Shown here one piece after another: positions 1 through 12,685 of a stretch of 64,000 nucleotides of DNA. Made by a program: the position numbers and the translations under genes. The notes beneath the pieces are model-generated. The model was not told the origin of the DNA, did not search any database, and saw nothing but the letters and a program-made list of their open reading frames with translations. The first letter of the stretch is position 1, and each line of letters begins with the position of its first letter. Source of the DNA: Haliotis cracherodii (Eukaryota); NCBI RefSeq assembly GCF_022045235.1, contig NW_027266271.1:29574001-29638000 (forward strand), read 5' to 3'.

Positions 1-39
1 CCTCACAGTTTACACCCCACGGTGTTTATCTCCCACACG

Positions 40-240
40 TTAGGGGATTCCGGGTTTAATACAGTAGGTCCCAGCAACCCATGATGGTCGTAGGAGGTCA
101 CTGCATGGATCTGGCACTCGTTGCCTTCAGTGAAAGGTCTCTTCGTTCCACGTCGGCGTGGGCCGCTGCTCATAATATCAACCACTGGTTTGTCTGTTCC
201 GGACTTACGGTTGGTACATTATTACTGCGTGTGGCGAAAA
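40..240 (+). mobile_element. Diverged copy of the structured short retroposon (family A)
   Basis: GGGGATTCCGGGTTT...AGGTCCCAGCAACCCATG..GTCGTAGGAGGTCACT...GCTCATAATATCAACCACTGGTTTGTCTG matches the family A copies at 31122 and 46555 by eye. Confidence 0.6.
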
Positions 241-569
241 ATACATAAACAGTAGCCTGCCTTACTCGTACAGTAGGAATCCATGATGGTTTCATTAAAA
301 CAATTAATTGATGCCAATAACATAAACTCAATGGAACAAAAAGGCAATATATATATTTGCAGTGGCCTTGTTAGTTTTCCCAAAATATGCACTTTCACTT
401 TTTAGTTTGTAATTCATTTTACCAATTACTTATTGTTATAAAATCTCTTACTCTTTATTCCAGATATCATAAAATGATTTTCAGGCATCAAATATTTGTA
501 GCTTTTAATGGCATCTAAACTTGGATTTCTGTGATTCGTGCAACTGTACACAGCTGTGAGAACTAGATA

Positions 570-1988
570 TAGAACGAGTCTGCTATTGTAAAATGAGTTT
601 GCTATTGTAGAACGAGTCTGCTATTGTAAAGTGAGTTTGCTATTGTAGAACGAGTTTGCTATTGTAGAACGAGTCTGCTATTGTAAAGTGAGTTTGCTAT
701 TGTAGAACGTGTCTGCTATTGAAGAATGAGTCTGCTATTGTAGAACGAGTCTGCTATTGTAGAACGAGTTTGCTATTGTAGAACGAGTTTGCTATTGTAG
801 AATGAGTCTGCTATTGTAGAATGAGGCTGCCATTGTAGAATGAGTTTGCTATTGTAGAATGAGTTTGCTATTGTAGAATGAGTCTGCTATTTTAGAATGA
901 CTCTGCTATTGAAGAATGAGGCTGCTATTGTAGAACGAGTCTGCTATTTTAGAATGACTCTGCTATTGAAGAATGAGGTTGCTATTGTAGAACGAGTCTG
1001 CTATTTTAGAATGACTCTGCTATTGAAGAATGAGGTTGCTATTGTAGAAGAGTTTGCTATTGGAGAATGAGTCTGCCATTGTAAAGTTAGTTTGCTATTG
1101 TAGAACGAGTCTGCTATTGTAGAATGAGGCTGATATTGTAGAATGAGGCTGCTATTGTAGAATGAGTCTGCTTTTGTAGAATGAGTCTGCTATTGTAGAA
1201 TGAGTCTGCTATTGAAGAGTGAGTCTGCTATTGTAGAATGAGTCTGCAATTGTAGAATGAGTCTGCTATTGTAGAACGAGTCTGCTATTGTAGAATGAGT
1301 CTGCTATTGAAGAGTGAGTTTGCTATTGTAGAACGAGTCTGCTATTGTAGAATGAGTCTACTATTCTAAAACGAGTTTGCTATTGTAGAACGAGTCTGCT
1401 ATTGTAAAGTGAGTTTGCCATTGTAGAACGAGTCTGCTATTGTAAAGTGAGTTTGCTATTGTAGAACGAGTTTGCTATTGTAGAACGAGTTTACTATTGT
1501 AGAATGAGTCTGCTATTGTAAAGTGAGTTTGCTATTGTAGAACGAGTTTGCTATTGAAGAATGAGTCTGCTATTGTAGAACGAGTCTGCTATTGTAGAAT
1601 GAGTTTGCTATTGTAGAACGAGTCTGCTATTGAAGAATGAGTCTGCTATTGTAGAACGAGTCTGCTATTGTAGAACGAGTTTGCTATTGTAGAATGAGTT
1701 TGCTATTTTAGAATGAGTTTGCTATTGAAGAATGAGGTTGCTATTGTAGAATGAGTTTGCTATTGTAGAATGAGTCTGCTATTGTAGAATGAGTCTGCTA
1801 TTGTAGAACGAGTTTGCTATTGAAGAATGAGTTTGCTATTGTAGAATGAGTCTGCTATTGTAGAACGAGTTTGCTATTGAAGAACGAGTTTGCTATTGTA
1901 GAATGTGTCTGCTATTGAAGAACGAGTTTGCTATTGTAGAATGAGTCTGCAATTGAAGAACGAGTTTGCTATTGTAGAACGAGTCTGC
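570..1988. repeat. Tandem minisatellite, 19-bp unit (GCTATTGTAGAAYGAGTYT)
   Basis: Unit recurs with 19-bp period (e.g. 601, 620); roughly 75 copies. Confidence 0.97.
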
Positions 1989-2831
1989 GGCAAAAACAAT
2001 GTCCATAATCATAAGAAATATACTACAAGCGAACGTCTATGTAGGAACCCGACTATATGTATCATAAGCATGTGTTTATTAATCATTCGAAAGTTTGAAT
2101 CTGGGCATCTTCTATTTCTGCCATTACTTGAGTTTGTTGTGATACATACATTTACTTAAACTGATACCCTTCAACAGTATGCAAGAATCAGTGAGCGGTC
2201 CCGTTGGTTTACAAACATATCTCGAAAGGTTAGTGTTCATATATTTCTGAGCGGCATCACATGTATGGGACTAGATTCATACATATTGTTGAACCTCACA
2301 TTTTAAAGATGTTATTTAAAAAAGGAATCAGAAAAATAACGCTACTGGATATGATCGAATAATGGTTTTGAAGAATAATTCACCTATTGAGTAAATAACC
2401 AGCAAATTAAGGCTGTTCATGTGTTGTACCATTTTGTGTATAAGTGAGCTTCAGCACTTCTTGTTTTCGTTTAGCTGATATCTTCCAGGAGTAGTGCTGA
2501 CCTGAATCCTGGGAATACGTGTTCCTGGGTTAACATGGTTAACGCCGCGTGTTTGTAGTTAGCAGCTTCACCCGTACCCCGTCGTCAAAATGAATACTGA
2601 CGTCATGGTCGCGTGGAGATCCCGAAGCGGTATATGCTCGGTCATTACCCAATGGTTGCCGCAAGAGACGACTAAAATTGGCATCGGGTGTTCACAGTCT
2701 GTTTGTCATTGTTCTCAATGTCAACCACTGCCCGCCTTACACTCAAGTATTACAGATTGCCGGACGTGTTGTCTGCAAGGTAATAATTACATTGGCTCGC
2801 GAGTACAATATTTATTTGTTTGGTATTCCAG

Positions 2832-3271
2832 ATATTACAGAACACCTGAACAAACGAGCTGGGTCATCCAGGGTCGCATTCTCTGCCGGTTTGACGACCA
2901 ATCTCGAGCTCCACCAGCCCGTCAACATCACCTTCGACAAAGTCTTCACCAACATCGGCGACGCCTACGACAACAACACGGGCGAGTTCACCTGCCCGGC
3001 GGCAGGGACTTACGTGTTCCAGTTTCATGGTCTGACCGAGTCTGACGGATCCATCTGGATGGAGCTGTTTAAGAATAACGCGTACGTCATCTCCGCCTAC
3101 TCCCACTCTGCCAACGACTACGGTGCTGCTTCCAACGCCATCGTCCTTCAACTTGCCGTCGGCGACGTCGTACACCTCCAAGGTCACGGGGACGTTTATC
3201 TGTACGGCGCCTCCGATGAGGTGTACGCCACGTTTAACGGCTTTCTCCTATACCCAGCTAAAAGCTCGTAA
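2832..3271 (+). CDS. C1q-domain-containing protein, terminal coding exon (globular C1q domain)
   Basis: Translation has VAFSAGL, ITFDKVFTNIGDAYDNNTGEFTCPAAGTYVFQF, ASNAIVLQLAVGDVV and TFNGFLLY. Acceptor TTCCAG ends at 2831 (alternative AG at 2840). Stop TAA 3269-3271 with AATAAA overlapping at 3271-3276. Upstream exon(s) not identified. Confidence 0.9.
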
Positions 3272-3334
3272 ATAAATAAGCTACGACACTGTTCGCTCTT
3301 TTGTGAACTGCACTGCACTGGTCGAGGTTTGGGT

Positions 3335-6300
3335 TTGAGTGCCTTGTGTCTTGTGCCTTCTATCGATTGTCTTGTGTCGTGTGTCGAGAGTCTTGTGTCT
3401 TGTTACGTGTGTCGAGTGTCTTGTGTCGTGTGTCGTGTGTCGAGTGTCTTGTGTCGTGTGTCGATTTTCTTGCGCCAAGTGCCTTGTGTCGTGTGTCGAG
3501 TGTCTCATTTCGAGTGTCTTGTGTTGAGTGCTGTGTCGAGTGTCTGGTGTCGTGTGTCGTGTGTCGAGTGTCGATTGTCTTGTGTCGTGTGTCGAGAGTC
3601 TTGTGTCTTGTTACGTGTGTCGAGTGTCTTGTGTCGTGTGTCGTGTGTCGAGTGTCTTGTGTCGTGTGTCGATTTTCTTGCGCCGAGTGCCTTGTGTCGT
3701 GTCGAGTGTCTCATTTCGAGTGTCTTGTGTTGAGTGCTGTGTCGAGTGTCTTGTGTCGAGTGTCTTGTGTCGTGTGTCGAGTGTCTTGTGTCGTGTGTCG
3801 TGTGTCGTGTGTCGAGTGTCTTGCGCCGAGTGCCTTGTGTCGTGTGTCGAGTGTCTCATTTCGAGTGTGTTGTATTGAGTGCTGTGTCGAGTGTCTTGTG
3901 TTGAGTGTTTTGTGTCTTGTGTCGAGTTTCTTGTGCCGGGTGTCTTGCGTTGAGTGTTTTGTGTCGTGTGTCGGGTGTCTTGTATCGAGATTCTTGTGTC
4001 GTATGTCTTGTGTCGAGCGTCGAGTGTCTTTTGTCGGGTGTCTTGTGTCGTGTGTCGAGTGCCTTGTGTCGGGTGTCGGGTGTCTTGTATCGAGATTCTT
4101 GTGTCGTGTGTCGGGTGTCGTGTGTCGAGTGTCTTGTGTCTTTTGTCGATTTTCTTGCGCCGAGTGCCTTGTGTCGTGTGTCGAGTGTCTTGTATCGAGT
4201 GTCTTGTGTTGAGTGCTGTGTCGAGTGTCTTGTGTCGAGTGTCTTGTGTTGAGTGTTTTGTGTCTTGTGTCGAGTGTCTTGTGCCGGGTGTCTTGCGTTG
4301 AGTGTTTTGTGTCGTGTGTCGGGTGTCTTGTATCGAGATTCTTGTGACGTATGTCTTGTGTCGAGCGTCGAGTGTCTTTTGTCGGGTGTCTTGTGTCGTG
4401 TGTCGAGTGCCCTGTGTCGGGTGTCGGGTGTCTTGTATCGAGATTCTTGTGTCGTGTGTCGGGTGTCGTGTGTCGAGTGTCTTGTGTCTTTTGTCGAGTG
4501 TCTTGTGTCGAGTGTCTTGTGTCGAGTGTCGAGTGTCTTGTATCGACTGTCTTGTGTCGAGTGTCTTGTGTCGAGTGTCTTGTGTCGAGCGTCTTGTGTC
4601 GTGTGTCGTGTGTCGTGTGTCTTGTGTCGAGTGTCTTGTGTCGGGTGTCTTGTATCTTATGTCGAGTGTCTTATGTCTTGTGTCGAGTCTTTTGTGTCGA
4701 GTGTCTTGAGTCTTGTGTCGTGTGTCGAGGGTCTTGTGTCGTGTGTCGAGTGTCTTGTGTCGGATATCGTGTGTCTTGTATCGAGATTCTTGTGTCGTGT
4801 GTCGTATGTCGGGTGTCTTGTGTCGCATGTCTTGTGTCGAATGTCAAGTGTCTTGTGTCGGGTGTCTTGTATCTTGTGTCGAGTGTCTTGTGTCTTATGT
4901 CGTGTGTCTTGTATCGAGTGTCGTGTGTCGGTTGTCTTGTGTCGTGTGTCTTGTGTCGAGTGTCTTGTGTCGAGTGTCATGTATCTTGTGTCGAGTGTCT
5001 TGAGTCTTGTGTCGTGTGTCGGGTGTCTTGTGTTTTGTGTCGTGTGTCGAGTGTCTTGTGTTTTGTGTCGTGTGTCGAGTGTCTTGTGTTTTGTGGCGAG
5101 TGTCTCGTGTCGTGTGTCGAGTGTCTTGTGTTGAGATTATTGTGCCTTATGTCGTGTGTCTTGTGTCGAGTGTCGTGTGTCGGGTGTCTTGTATCTTGTG
5201 TCGAGTGTCGTGTGTCGAGTGCCCTGTGTCGGGTGTCGGGTGTCTTGTATCGAGATTCTTGTGTCGTGTGTCGGGTGTCGAGTGTCGAGTGTCGAGTGTC
5301 TTGTGTCGAGTGTCGAGTGTCTTGTATCGAGTGTCTTGTATGGAGTGTCTTGTGTCGAGTGTCTTGTGCCGTGTGTCGTGTGTCTTGTGTCGAGTGTCTT
5401 GTGTCGGGTGTCTTGTATCTTATGTCGAGTGTCTTATGTCTTGTGTCGAGTCTTTTGTGTCGAGTGTCTTGAGTCTTGTGTCGTGTGTCGAGGGTCTTGT
5501 GTCGTGTGTCGAGTGTCTTGTGTCGGATATCGTGTGTCTTGTATCGAGATTCTTGTGTCGTGTGTCGGATGTCTTGTGTCATGTGTCGAGTGTCTCGTGT
5601 CGTGTGTCGAGTGTCTTGTGTTGAGATTAGTGTGCCTTATGTCGTGTGTCTTGTGTGGAGTGTCGTGTGTCGGGTGTCTTGTATCTTGTGTCGAGTGTCT
5701 TGTGTCGAGTGTCCTGCGTCTTGTGTCGTATGTCGGGTGTCTTGTGTTGAGATTAGTGTGCCTTGTGTTGTGTGTCGGGTGTCGACTGTCGGGTGTCTTG
5801 TATCTTGTGTCTTGTGTCGAGTGTCTTGCGTCTTGTGTCGTGTGTCGGGTGTCTTGTGTTTTGTGTCGTGTGTTGAGTGTCTTGTGTTTTGTGGCGAGTG
5901 TCTCGTGTCGTGTGTCGAGTGTCTTGTGTTGAGATTATTGTGCCTTGTGTCGTGTGTCTTGTGTCGAGTGTCTTGTGTCGGGTGTCTTGTATCTTGTGTC
6001 GAGTGTCCTGCGTCTTGTGTCATGTGTCGGGTGTCTTGTGTTGAGATTAGTGTGCCTTGTGTCGTGCGTCTGGTGTCGAGTGTCTCGTGTCGTGTGTCTT
6101 GTGTTGAGATTATTGTGCCTTGTGTCGTGTGTCTTGTGTCGAGTGTCTTGTGTCGGGTGTCTTGTATCTTGTGTCGAGTGTCCTGCGTCTTGTGTCGTGT
6201 GTCGGGTGTCTTGTGTTTTGTGTCGTGTGTTGAGTGTCTTGTGTTTTGTGGCGAGTGTCTCGTGTCGTGTGTCGAGTGTCTTGTGTTGAGATTATTGTGC

Positions 6301-6575
6301 CTTGTGTCGAGTGTCTTGTGTCGGGTGTCTTGTATCTTGTGTCGAGTGTCATGCGTCTTGTGTCGTGTGTCGGGTGTCTTGTGTTGAGATTAGTGTGCCT
6401 TGTGTCGTGCGTCTGGTGTCGAGTGTCTCGTGTCGTGTGTCAAGTGTCATGTGTCTTGTGTCTTGTGTTGTGTGTCGAGGGTCTTGTGTCGAGTGTCTTG
6501 TGTCTTATGTCGTGTGTCGTGTGCCCGGTGTCTCGTGTCTTGTGTCGAGTGTCTTGTGTTGAGATTAGTGTGCCC
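3335..6575. repeat. Degenerate 7-bp satellite (GTGTCGA/GTGTCTT/GTGTCGT) with higher-order duplications
   Basis: Continuous heptamer variants; blocks recur ~348 bp apart (3905 vs 4253). Confidence 0.97.
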
Positions 6576-7437
6576 AGTGGTCTAAAGGGACACAGCTCGA
6601 TCAGTTGTATCTGTTAGCTGCCAGGATCCGCTAATCGCGGGTTCGAATCCAATCATCCTGATTACGTCACCTCAGACCTTTGCTTGTAAGTTATAACGCC
6701 TGCACTGTGTACAATGTCGCCCCGCCTGTTACTGAACTGTTACAAGTCGCCTTATGTATAATTGTTAGAGTGTTCCATGCCTTAAACTAATCCGATAAAC
6801 CTGGTCTTGTGATCTTGTAAATATGCAAATGAGGCTACTGATCAGGATGCACCAATAATAAGCCCTCTTCATGATGTGGGTTTGCTTTTTCCAAAAGTAT
6901 TGCATAAAGTTCCCTAAATGATAAGATAGTGATTCTCGGATGTTTGAGCACTTATATAAACAGCCAAGGCTGAAAATAATTTGGCACTATATCATAAATT
7001 GCGAATGTTCACCCAGACCTTGTATTCCTACGCGTTTTCTAAAGTTCTAGTGAACAGCAATGCGTCAAGCTTCGACCGTTTTAAGAGTGCCCTAGCACTC
7101 GACTAAGAATCACTATTTAACAGCATCTTATTCGGCCAGGACCTGCGTGGATTGTGTGGCATCAACAAAACCTGACAGTATGGAATACATTTTCAGTTGG
7201 TGAGCAATGTTTCTAGCAGGACATATTCTTTAAGAAAACAAGTATTTCTCAGAATTAAGATAACGTCGGTGTTTTGACACCAGCTCTTGTTACCCTGCCG
7301 TTAAGGACGTTGTAAGGAAGTATATTTGTGAAAGTGACTACACCACTGTTACATCCAACAATTTCACAATGTTATACAAACACTGGGAAACAGAAACCTC
7401 CTCATTAAAGGGGGTGGGGGGGGGTGGGGGGTGGGGG

Positions 7438-7690
7438 GCTTTACAAAGTGGTTTATAGAGCCACAATGAGCTGTGTAGAGTTGCGTCCCTCTGATGGTGG
7501 GTTCGAATCCCGATTCAGTATTCTTTTGACTTGGTTTGTCTGAACCATATCCTTGCTCGTTGGTTTCAGCAATGCTGTTAAACGTCTTAGACTTGTCTCA
7601 CTTCGGGTTTTCCTCCTACATTGGGATGACATGCCGTGGTTTAACTGAAATGCAGGTCAAAGCGGCCTTGAAGCCAACTTATTTACTTAG
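7438..7690 (+). mobile_element. Diverged tRNA-derived SINE (family B)
   Basis: B-box-like GGTTCGAATCC; body matches the 55930-56203 copy. Confidence 0.75.
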
Positions 7691-7992
7691 TCAGGGACTT
7701 AACAGACCCAGAACAGGTAAACCATGATTTGTACAGCTTGCACAGGTTGACGAAACCACGTAGTTGAAAATGCATATTTTTCAAGTCTGTCATTCATTCA
7801 GTGAGTGCCTTGTCGCAACAACGGCAACTGGGACCTCATGCTACAAGCGTTCATCACCTTTAATGACGGGGTTGCAACACGCGTCCACTCTACACGAACA
7901 GCTGCACATGGTCTCATTAAGCCGTGTCCGTCCGGAACAATATACAGTTAGTTAAGTACGTTATGCTTGCTGTAGGAGCCTAGAGAGAGATA

Positions 7993-8014
7993 GTGTGTGT
8001 GTGTGTGTGCGTGC

Positions 8015-8053
<39 letters not shown>

Positions 8054-8063
8054 GGCGTGTGTG
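7993..8063. repeat. (GT)n/(GC)n microsatellite
   Basis: Direct inspection. Confidence 0.9.
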
Positions 8064-8721
8064 TTGTATTACTCTAGGTATATCCCAACGGCCTTTAAAT
8101 AATCGAGTTTGGACTAGACAATCGATCCACGCCTTCGGGGGACGGTGACACACAATCAACCACGTCACCAAGCATACGTTACTGGGGACCTATTCTTATG
8201 CGAGCGAGTTAGCACATATTATTGACCAAAGAAATTAATAATATAATATATCAATTTGGTCTAGCCTAAACAAAAAACAAGTCCAACTGAAAGCAACACT
8301 GTGTCGCTAGTCGCAGCGTGTGACATGACAGATTGTAGGTCGGTTTATCCCGACGGCGTGCATGGTGGTCATACTCCGAGAACGGTGCTCATGCTGTCAA
8401 CCACTGGTTTACCTGTTTTAAACAGACTATATATTGCTGTGACTACAGCGATAAAGAACATTCACTACACAGAGGCAATGTACAGGAATCGTGCTGTGTA
8501 ACAGGTGCTCGTTCATCCAGTAACGCAAACACGCGCTACGCTTGATGTATTTATTCTTGAGTAAGCAAACATTACATGACATTCAGAATAAACTGTCACT
8601 CGTTCCATCCTGATGTACAACAACATGTTTAACTATAGTCTATAATATGAACTAAACATTGAGTGTGGATACTGACATGCAAGGAAAACTTTTCATAGTA
8701 TGGTATGGGAGATGGTTCGTC

Positions 8722-10215
8722 ACGATATGAACCTCACAGCTACAACACTATCTTAGTTGTGTGGAATAACATCTATAACACTGTCTCAGAGGTGTGGAGC
8801 AGCATATGTATACACAACAGCAAGCTACTGACCTCAGCTACAACACTGCCTAAGAAGTGTCGAAAAATATCTATATACACAACAGCAAGCTATGAACCGC
8901 ACAGCTACACCACTGTCTCAGGCGGTGTGGGTAACATCTATATACACAACAGCAAGATATGAACCTCACAGCTACACCACTGTCTCAGACGTGTGGCAAC
9001 GTCTATATACACAACAGCAAGATATGAACCTCACAGCTACAAGACTGTCTCAGACTTGTGGAAACATCTATATACACAACAGCAAGATATGAACCTCACA
9101 GCTACAACACTGTCTCAGGCGTGTGGGCAACATCTATATACACAACAGCAAGATATGAACCTCACAGCTACACCACTTTACAAAGTGGTCTATAGAGCCA
9201 CAATGCGCTGTGTAGAGTTGCGTCCCTCAGAGATGCCCGGAAACTATATGATGGTGGGTTCGAATCCCGATTCAGTCTGCTTTTGACTTCTGGTTTGTCT
9301 GCACCATATCCTTGCTCGTCGGTTTCAGCAATGCTGTTAAACGTCTAAGACTTGTCTCACTTCGGGCTTTCCTCCTACATTGGGATGACATGCCGTGATT
9401 TAACACCACTGTCTCAGACCCGTGGAAACATCTATATACACAACAGCAAGATATGAACCTCACAGCTACACCACTGTCTCAGACGTGTGGGCAACATCTA
9501 TATATACAACAGCAAGATATGAACCTCACAGCTACAACACTGTCTCAGGCGTGTGGGCAACATCTATATACACAACAGCAAGATATGAACCTCACAGCTA
9601 CAACACTGTCTCAGGCGTGTGGGCAACATCTATATATACAACAGCAAGATATGAACCTCACAGCTACAACACTGTCTCAGGCGTGTGGGTAACATCTATA
9701 TACACAACAGCAAGATATGAACCTCACAGCTACACCACTGTCTCAGACGTGTGGGCAACATCTATATATACAACAGCAAGATATGAACCTCACAGCTACA
9801 ACACTGTCTCAGGCGTGTGGGCAACATCTATATACACAACAGCAAGATATGAACCTCACAGCTACAACACTGTCTCAGGCGTGTGGGCAACATCTATATA
9901 TACAACAGCAAGATATGAACCTCACAGCTACAACACTGTCTCAGACGTGTTGGCAACATCTATATACACAACAGCAAGATATGAACCTCACAGCTACAAG
10001 ACTGTCTCAGACGTGTGGGCAACATCTATATATACAACAGCAAGATATGAACCTCACAGCTACACCACTGTCTCAGACGTGTGGGCAACATCTATATACA
10101 CAACAGCAAGATATGAACCTCACAGCTACAACACTGTCTCAGACGTGTGGGTAACATATATGTATACAACAGCAAGATATGAGCCTTACAGCTACAACAC
10201 TATCTCTAAGACATA
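8722..10215. repeat. 66-bp tandem minisatellite downstream of the TLR stop codon, interrupted at 9177-9400
   Basis: Unit ATATGAACCTCACAGCTACAACACTGTCTCAGGCGTGTGGGCAACATCTATATACACAACAGCAAG; 22-aa periodic ORFs. Confidence 0.95.
9177..9402 (+). mobile_element. Family B SINE fragment inserted in the 66-bp array
   Basis: Near-identical to 7438-7640; ACACCACT on both flanks. Confidence 0.8.
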
Positions 10216-10288
10216 AACATACAGTACTTGTCCGGATAGATGGGTTTCCAGCCTTACGTTGTGTATACATAACAGCAAGAGATGCACA

Positions 10289-12337
10289 TTACTGCTGCAG
10301 ACACTGTTTCAGACGAGTCCAGAACATACACCTGTGTTCTTCTTCCCCCGGCCACTTGATGTAGGTTGTCGTCTGCAGCAGTGCGTACAGTGATGAGGTC
10401 ATGTATCGGTCGTCCATCTCCTCCAGGACAACAACAACCACGTAGAACTCTCTCTCCAGAGCACGTTTCTGGACCAAGGTCAACTCAAACTGGCACCACG
10501 GACTCTGACTGAAGTTGTTTGACAACACAAGAACAACCTTTCTGCTGTTTTCTAGATTATCCATTATGTTGTCCACAATGTAGCGTCCAGGTGTGAAGTT
10601 CCTCTCGTGGATGCATAGCTGTAGACTGTCGTCTGCTTCAACACTTGGTAGAAGATGATGTCTCACCCAGCTGGAATCTTCATCACAATAGAGAACAAAC
10701 GCGTCAAATGTGAAGGTCATCTGCACGTCTTCATTATTCCTCTTCTTGTATCGCAGCATAAACACATAATACCGGATGTGCCAGCGCCACCTATAGGCAA
10801 GGGAGATAAGAATGAGTAGCACGAGAGTGGGGACCGAGAGTCCGAAAATTATTGGGAACGTCAAGGGGGACATCCGACAGTGTTGTTCAGACACGCCAGC
10901 GTCAAATATGGAAATGGACTGCAAGTTAGGCGGGTAACCACACCTGTAGGAATCGAGATTGGAAAACTTTTCGGACCGTGAAACCCATTCTATGAACCAC
11001 AGATTTACGCACTTGCATATATAACTGTTGTATTCTAATTTTACTTTAACAAGTTGGTTTCGAAGATTTAGTGGGAACACCGATTCAGGCACCATTAGCA
11101 ACGCATTTTTTGAAACATCGATGGTTTTCAGATTCTTCAAATTATCAAACATCCCATCTTCTAACAGCAGTATGCGGTTTCCGTGAACGTCAAGCTTTTG
11201 CAACTGCAAGAGGTTGGATACCACCTTCGGTAGAAAATACAATTGGCAATGTGCTAATCTCAAGGTCTGAACAGTATTGAGATTTCCAAGAAGTGTATCA
11301 AAATAGGTATTATTTGAATCAGCCATGTCATTGTAGGACAAAGACAGTTCCAACAACCCACCACACCCTCCTAAACATGCAGGGTCCACTGTACCGATGA
11401 AAGAACCATATGCAGTAAGGCTATTCAGAATCAGCGATTTAATAACGCTGTTATTAAAAGCATAACTGTAAACATGCCCATTGGCGTTTTCGAAGACGTT
11501 CTCCAGGTAGATGACGCCAAGTCGCGGCAGCGACGTAAACGTACTGGATCCAATCGTCCCCACTCGGTTGTTCGTGATATAAAGATACTCCAGACTTGTA
11601 AGACATTCAATATATTGTCGTGGTAGGAGGTAGATGTTGTTGTCACAGACGTCGAGGTATCTGAGCTGGGAGACCTTGGTGTGATTGCTACAGAATCTGG
11701 GCAGGTGTCTTAAGTAGTTGTCACGTAACGTGATGTTTGTCAGGTGTGAGGGCACATGACCAGTGGTTGTGTACAGAGCGTTGTGCCCCATCGATAAAAC
11801 ACGCAATGGCTTAAGCAAAGAAAGTTCGGAAAAGTTTAACTTTTGTTCGATACGACAGTATTCCAGAGTGAGTGTTGTGATGTTTTTTCCAATGAGGACG
11901 TCAACGAAACCATTGAACCTTACCAGTCTGTTTTGCGATAAGTTGATGATCTGAATATTGTGGTCTAAACTTTGGAATGCGAAAACAAGGTCACGTGGAT
12001 GGATAAAATTGTATTGAAGATCGAGGTATTTTAAAGATGTAAGATTCCTGAAGGCATAACTTGATATGTTCCGGATCTTATCATTGTGAAGTATTAAACT
12101 TCTTACGAAGGTTATGTTTTTGAATGTTTCGTTGGTTATATTTCTTAGGGTGTTGTTTGAGAAGTTCAAGCAATCGCATGTGATATTTATCCTTGGGATG
12201 TAGGTGAGGTCTCTCCCTGTTATATGGCAGCATGGAACGGTCCAGTTGTCCTCAGTAGCGGCATCGAGTGCTGCATCAGACCCCGACAGAACGGAACACA
12301 CCAACAGAACCCCAGCACACAGCCTCCAAAGGGACAT
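10289..12337 (-). CDS. Toll-like receptor (single exon, single-cysteine-cluster type), 682 aa
   Basis: ATG at 12337 starts signal peptide MSLWRLCAGVLLVCSVLSGS. LxxLxLxxN repeats, LRR-CT (NSYICKC...YRCGYP), TM (FPIIFGLSVPTLVLLILISLAY), TIR motifs FDAFVLY, LCIHERNFTPG, SPWCQFEL, WP..FWTRL. Confidence 0.97.
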   Translation of the reverse strand: MSLWRLCAGVLLVCSVLSGSDAALDAATEDNWTVPCCHITGRDLTYIPRINITCDCLNFSNNTLRNITNETFKNITFVRSLILHNDKIRNISSYAFRNLTSLKYLDLQYNFIHPRDLVFAFQSLDHNIQIINLSQNRLVRFNGFVDVLIGKNITTLTLEYCRIEQKLNFSELSLLKPLRVLSMGHNALYTTTGHVPSHLTNITLRDNYLRHLPRFCSNHTKVSQLRYLDVCDNNIYLLPRQYIECLTSLEYLYITNNRVGTIGSSTFTSLPRLGVIYLENVFENANGHVYSYAFNNSVIKSLILNSLTAYGSFIGTVDPACLGGCGGLLELSLSYNDMADSNNTYFDTLLGNLNTVQTLRLAHCQLYFLPKVVSNLLQLQKLDVHGNRILLLEDGMFDNLKNLKTIDVSKNALLMVPESVFPLNLRNQLVKVKLEYNSYICKCVNLWFIEWVSRSEKFSNLDSYRCGYPPNLQSISIFDAGVSEQHCRMSPLTFPIIFGLSVPTLVLLILISLAYRWRWHIRYYVFMLRYKKRNNEDVQMTFTFDAFVLYCDEDSSWVRHHLLPSVEADDSLQLCIHERNFTPGRYIVDNIMDNLENSRKVVLVLSNNFSQSPWCQFELTLVQKRALEREFYVVVVVLEEMDDRYMTSSLYALLQTTTYIKWPGEEEHRCMFWTRLKQCLQQ

Positions 12338-12685
12338 CCTGGAGCCTTTCCACGCAGCAACCACTCTCAGTCCGCGGAAACTTTATAGTCCTGATTCTGA
12401 GAGCGTACAAGACGGAACAGTTTAGATTAGAAATTACAGAAAACCATCATGCGCTAGGCAAAGGTTGGGAAGACAAAAAATAATTAACGATAAAGTAACT
12501 TAAAGCGCTTGATGACAACCTATAAATGGGGATAGACAAATTGGCTGCCTAGATACCTTTACGTTAATTGAGGTAAAGCGAAGATCCTGTTTCTAAAGAT
12601 AATGTTGGCTGAGGCGTTGGAGAAATTCACTCACTCACTCACTCACTGAATGATGTGACCGCACATTACCTTGTCTGCTTTGGCC

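Noticed and set aside
2678-2831. N-terminal extension of the C1q ORF
   Set aside because: Non-ATG start, and a T-rich tract plus AG acceptor precedes the domain; likely intron
3281-6617. Many long Cys/Val- or Thr/Arg/His-rich ORFs
   Set aside because: Translations of the 7-bp satellite, open in several frames on both strands
9422-10216. 264-aa repeat ORF (TTARYEPHSY...)
   Set aside because: A 66-bp unit is divisible by 3, so open frames are expected; no other coding evidence
12338-12364. Longer TLR start in the ORF track
   Set aside because: Non-ATG; the ATG at 12337 directly begins the signal peptide
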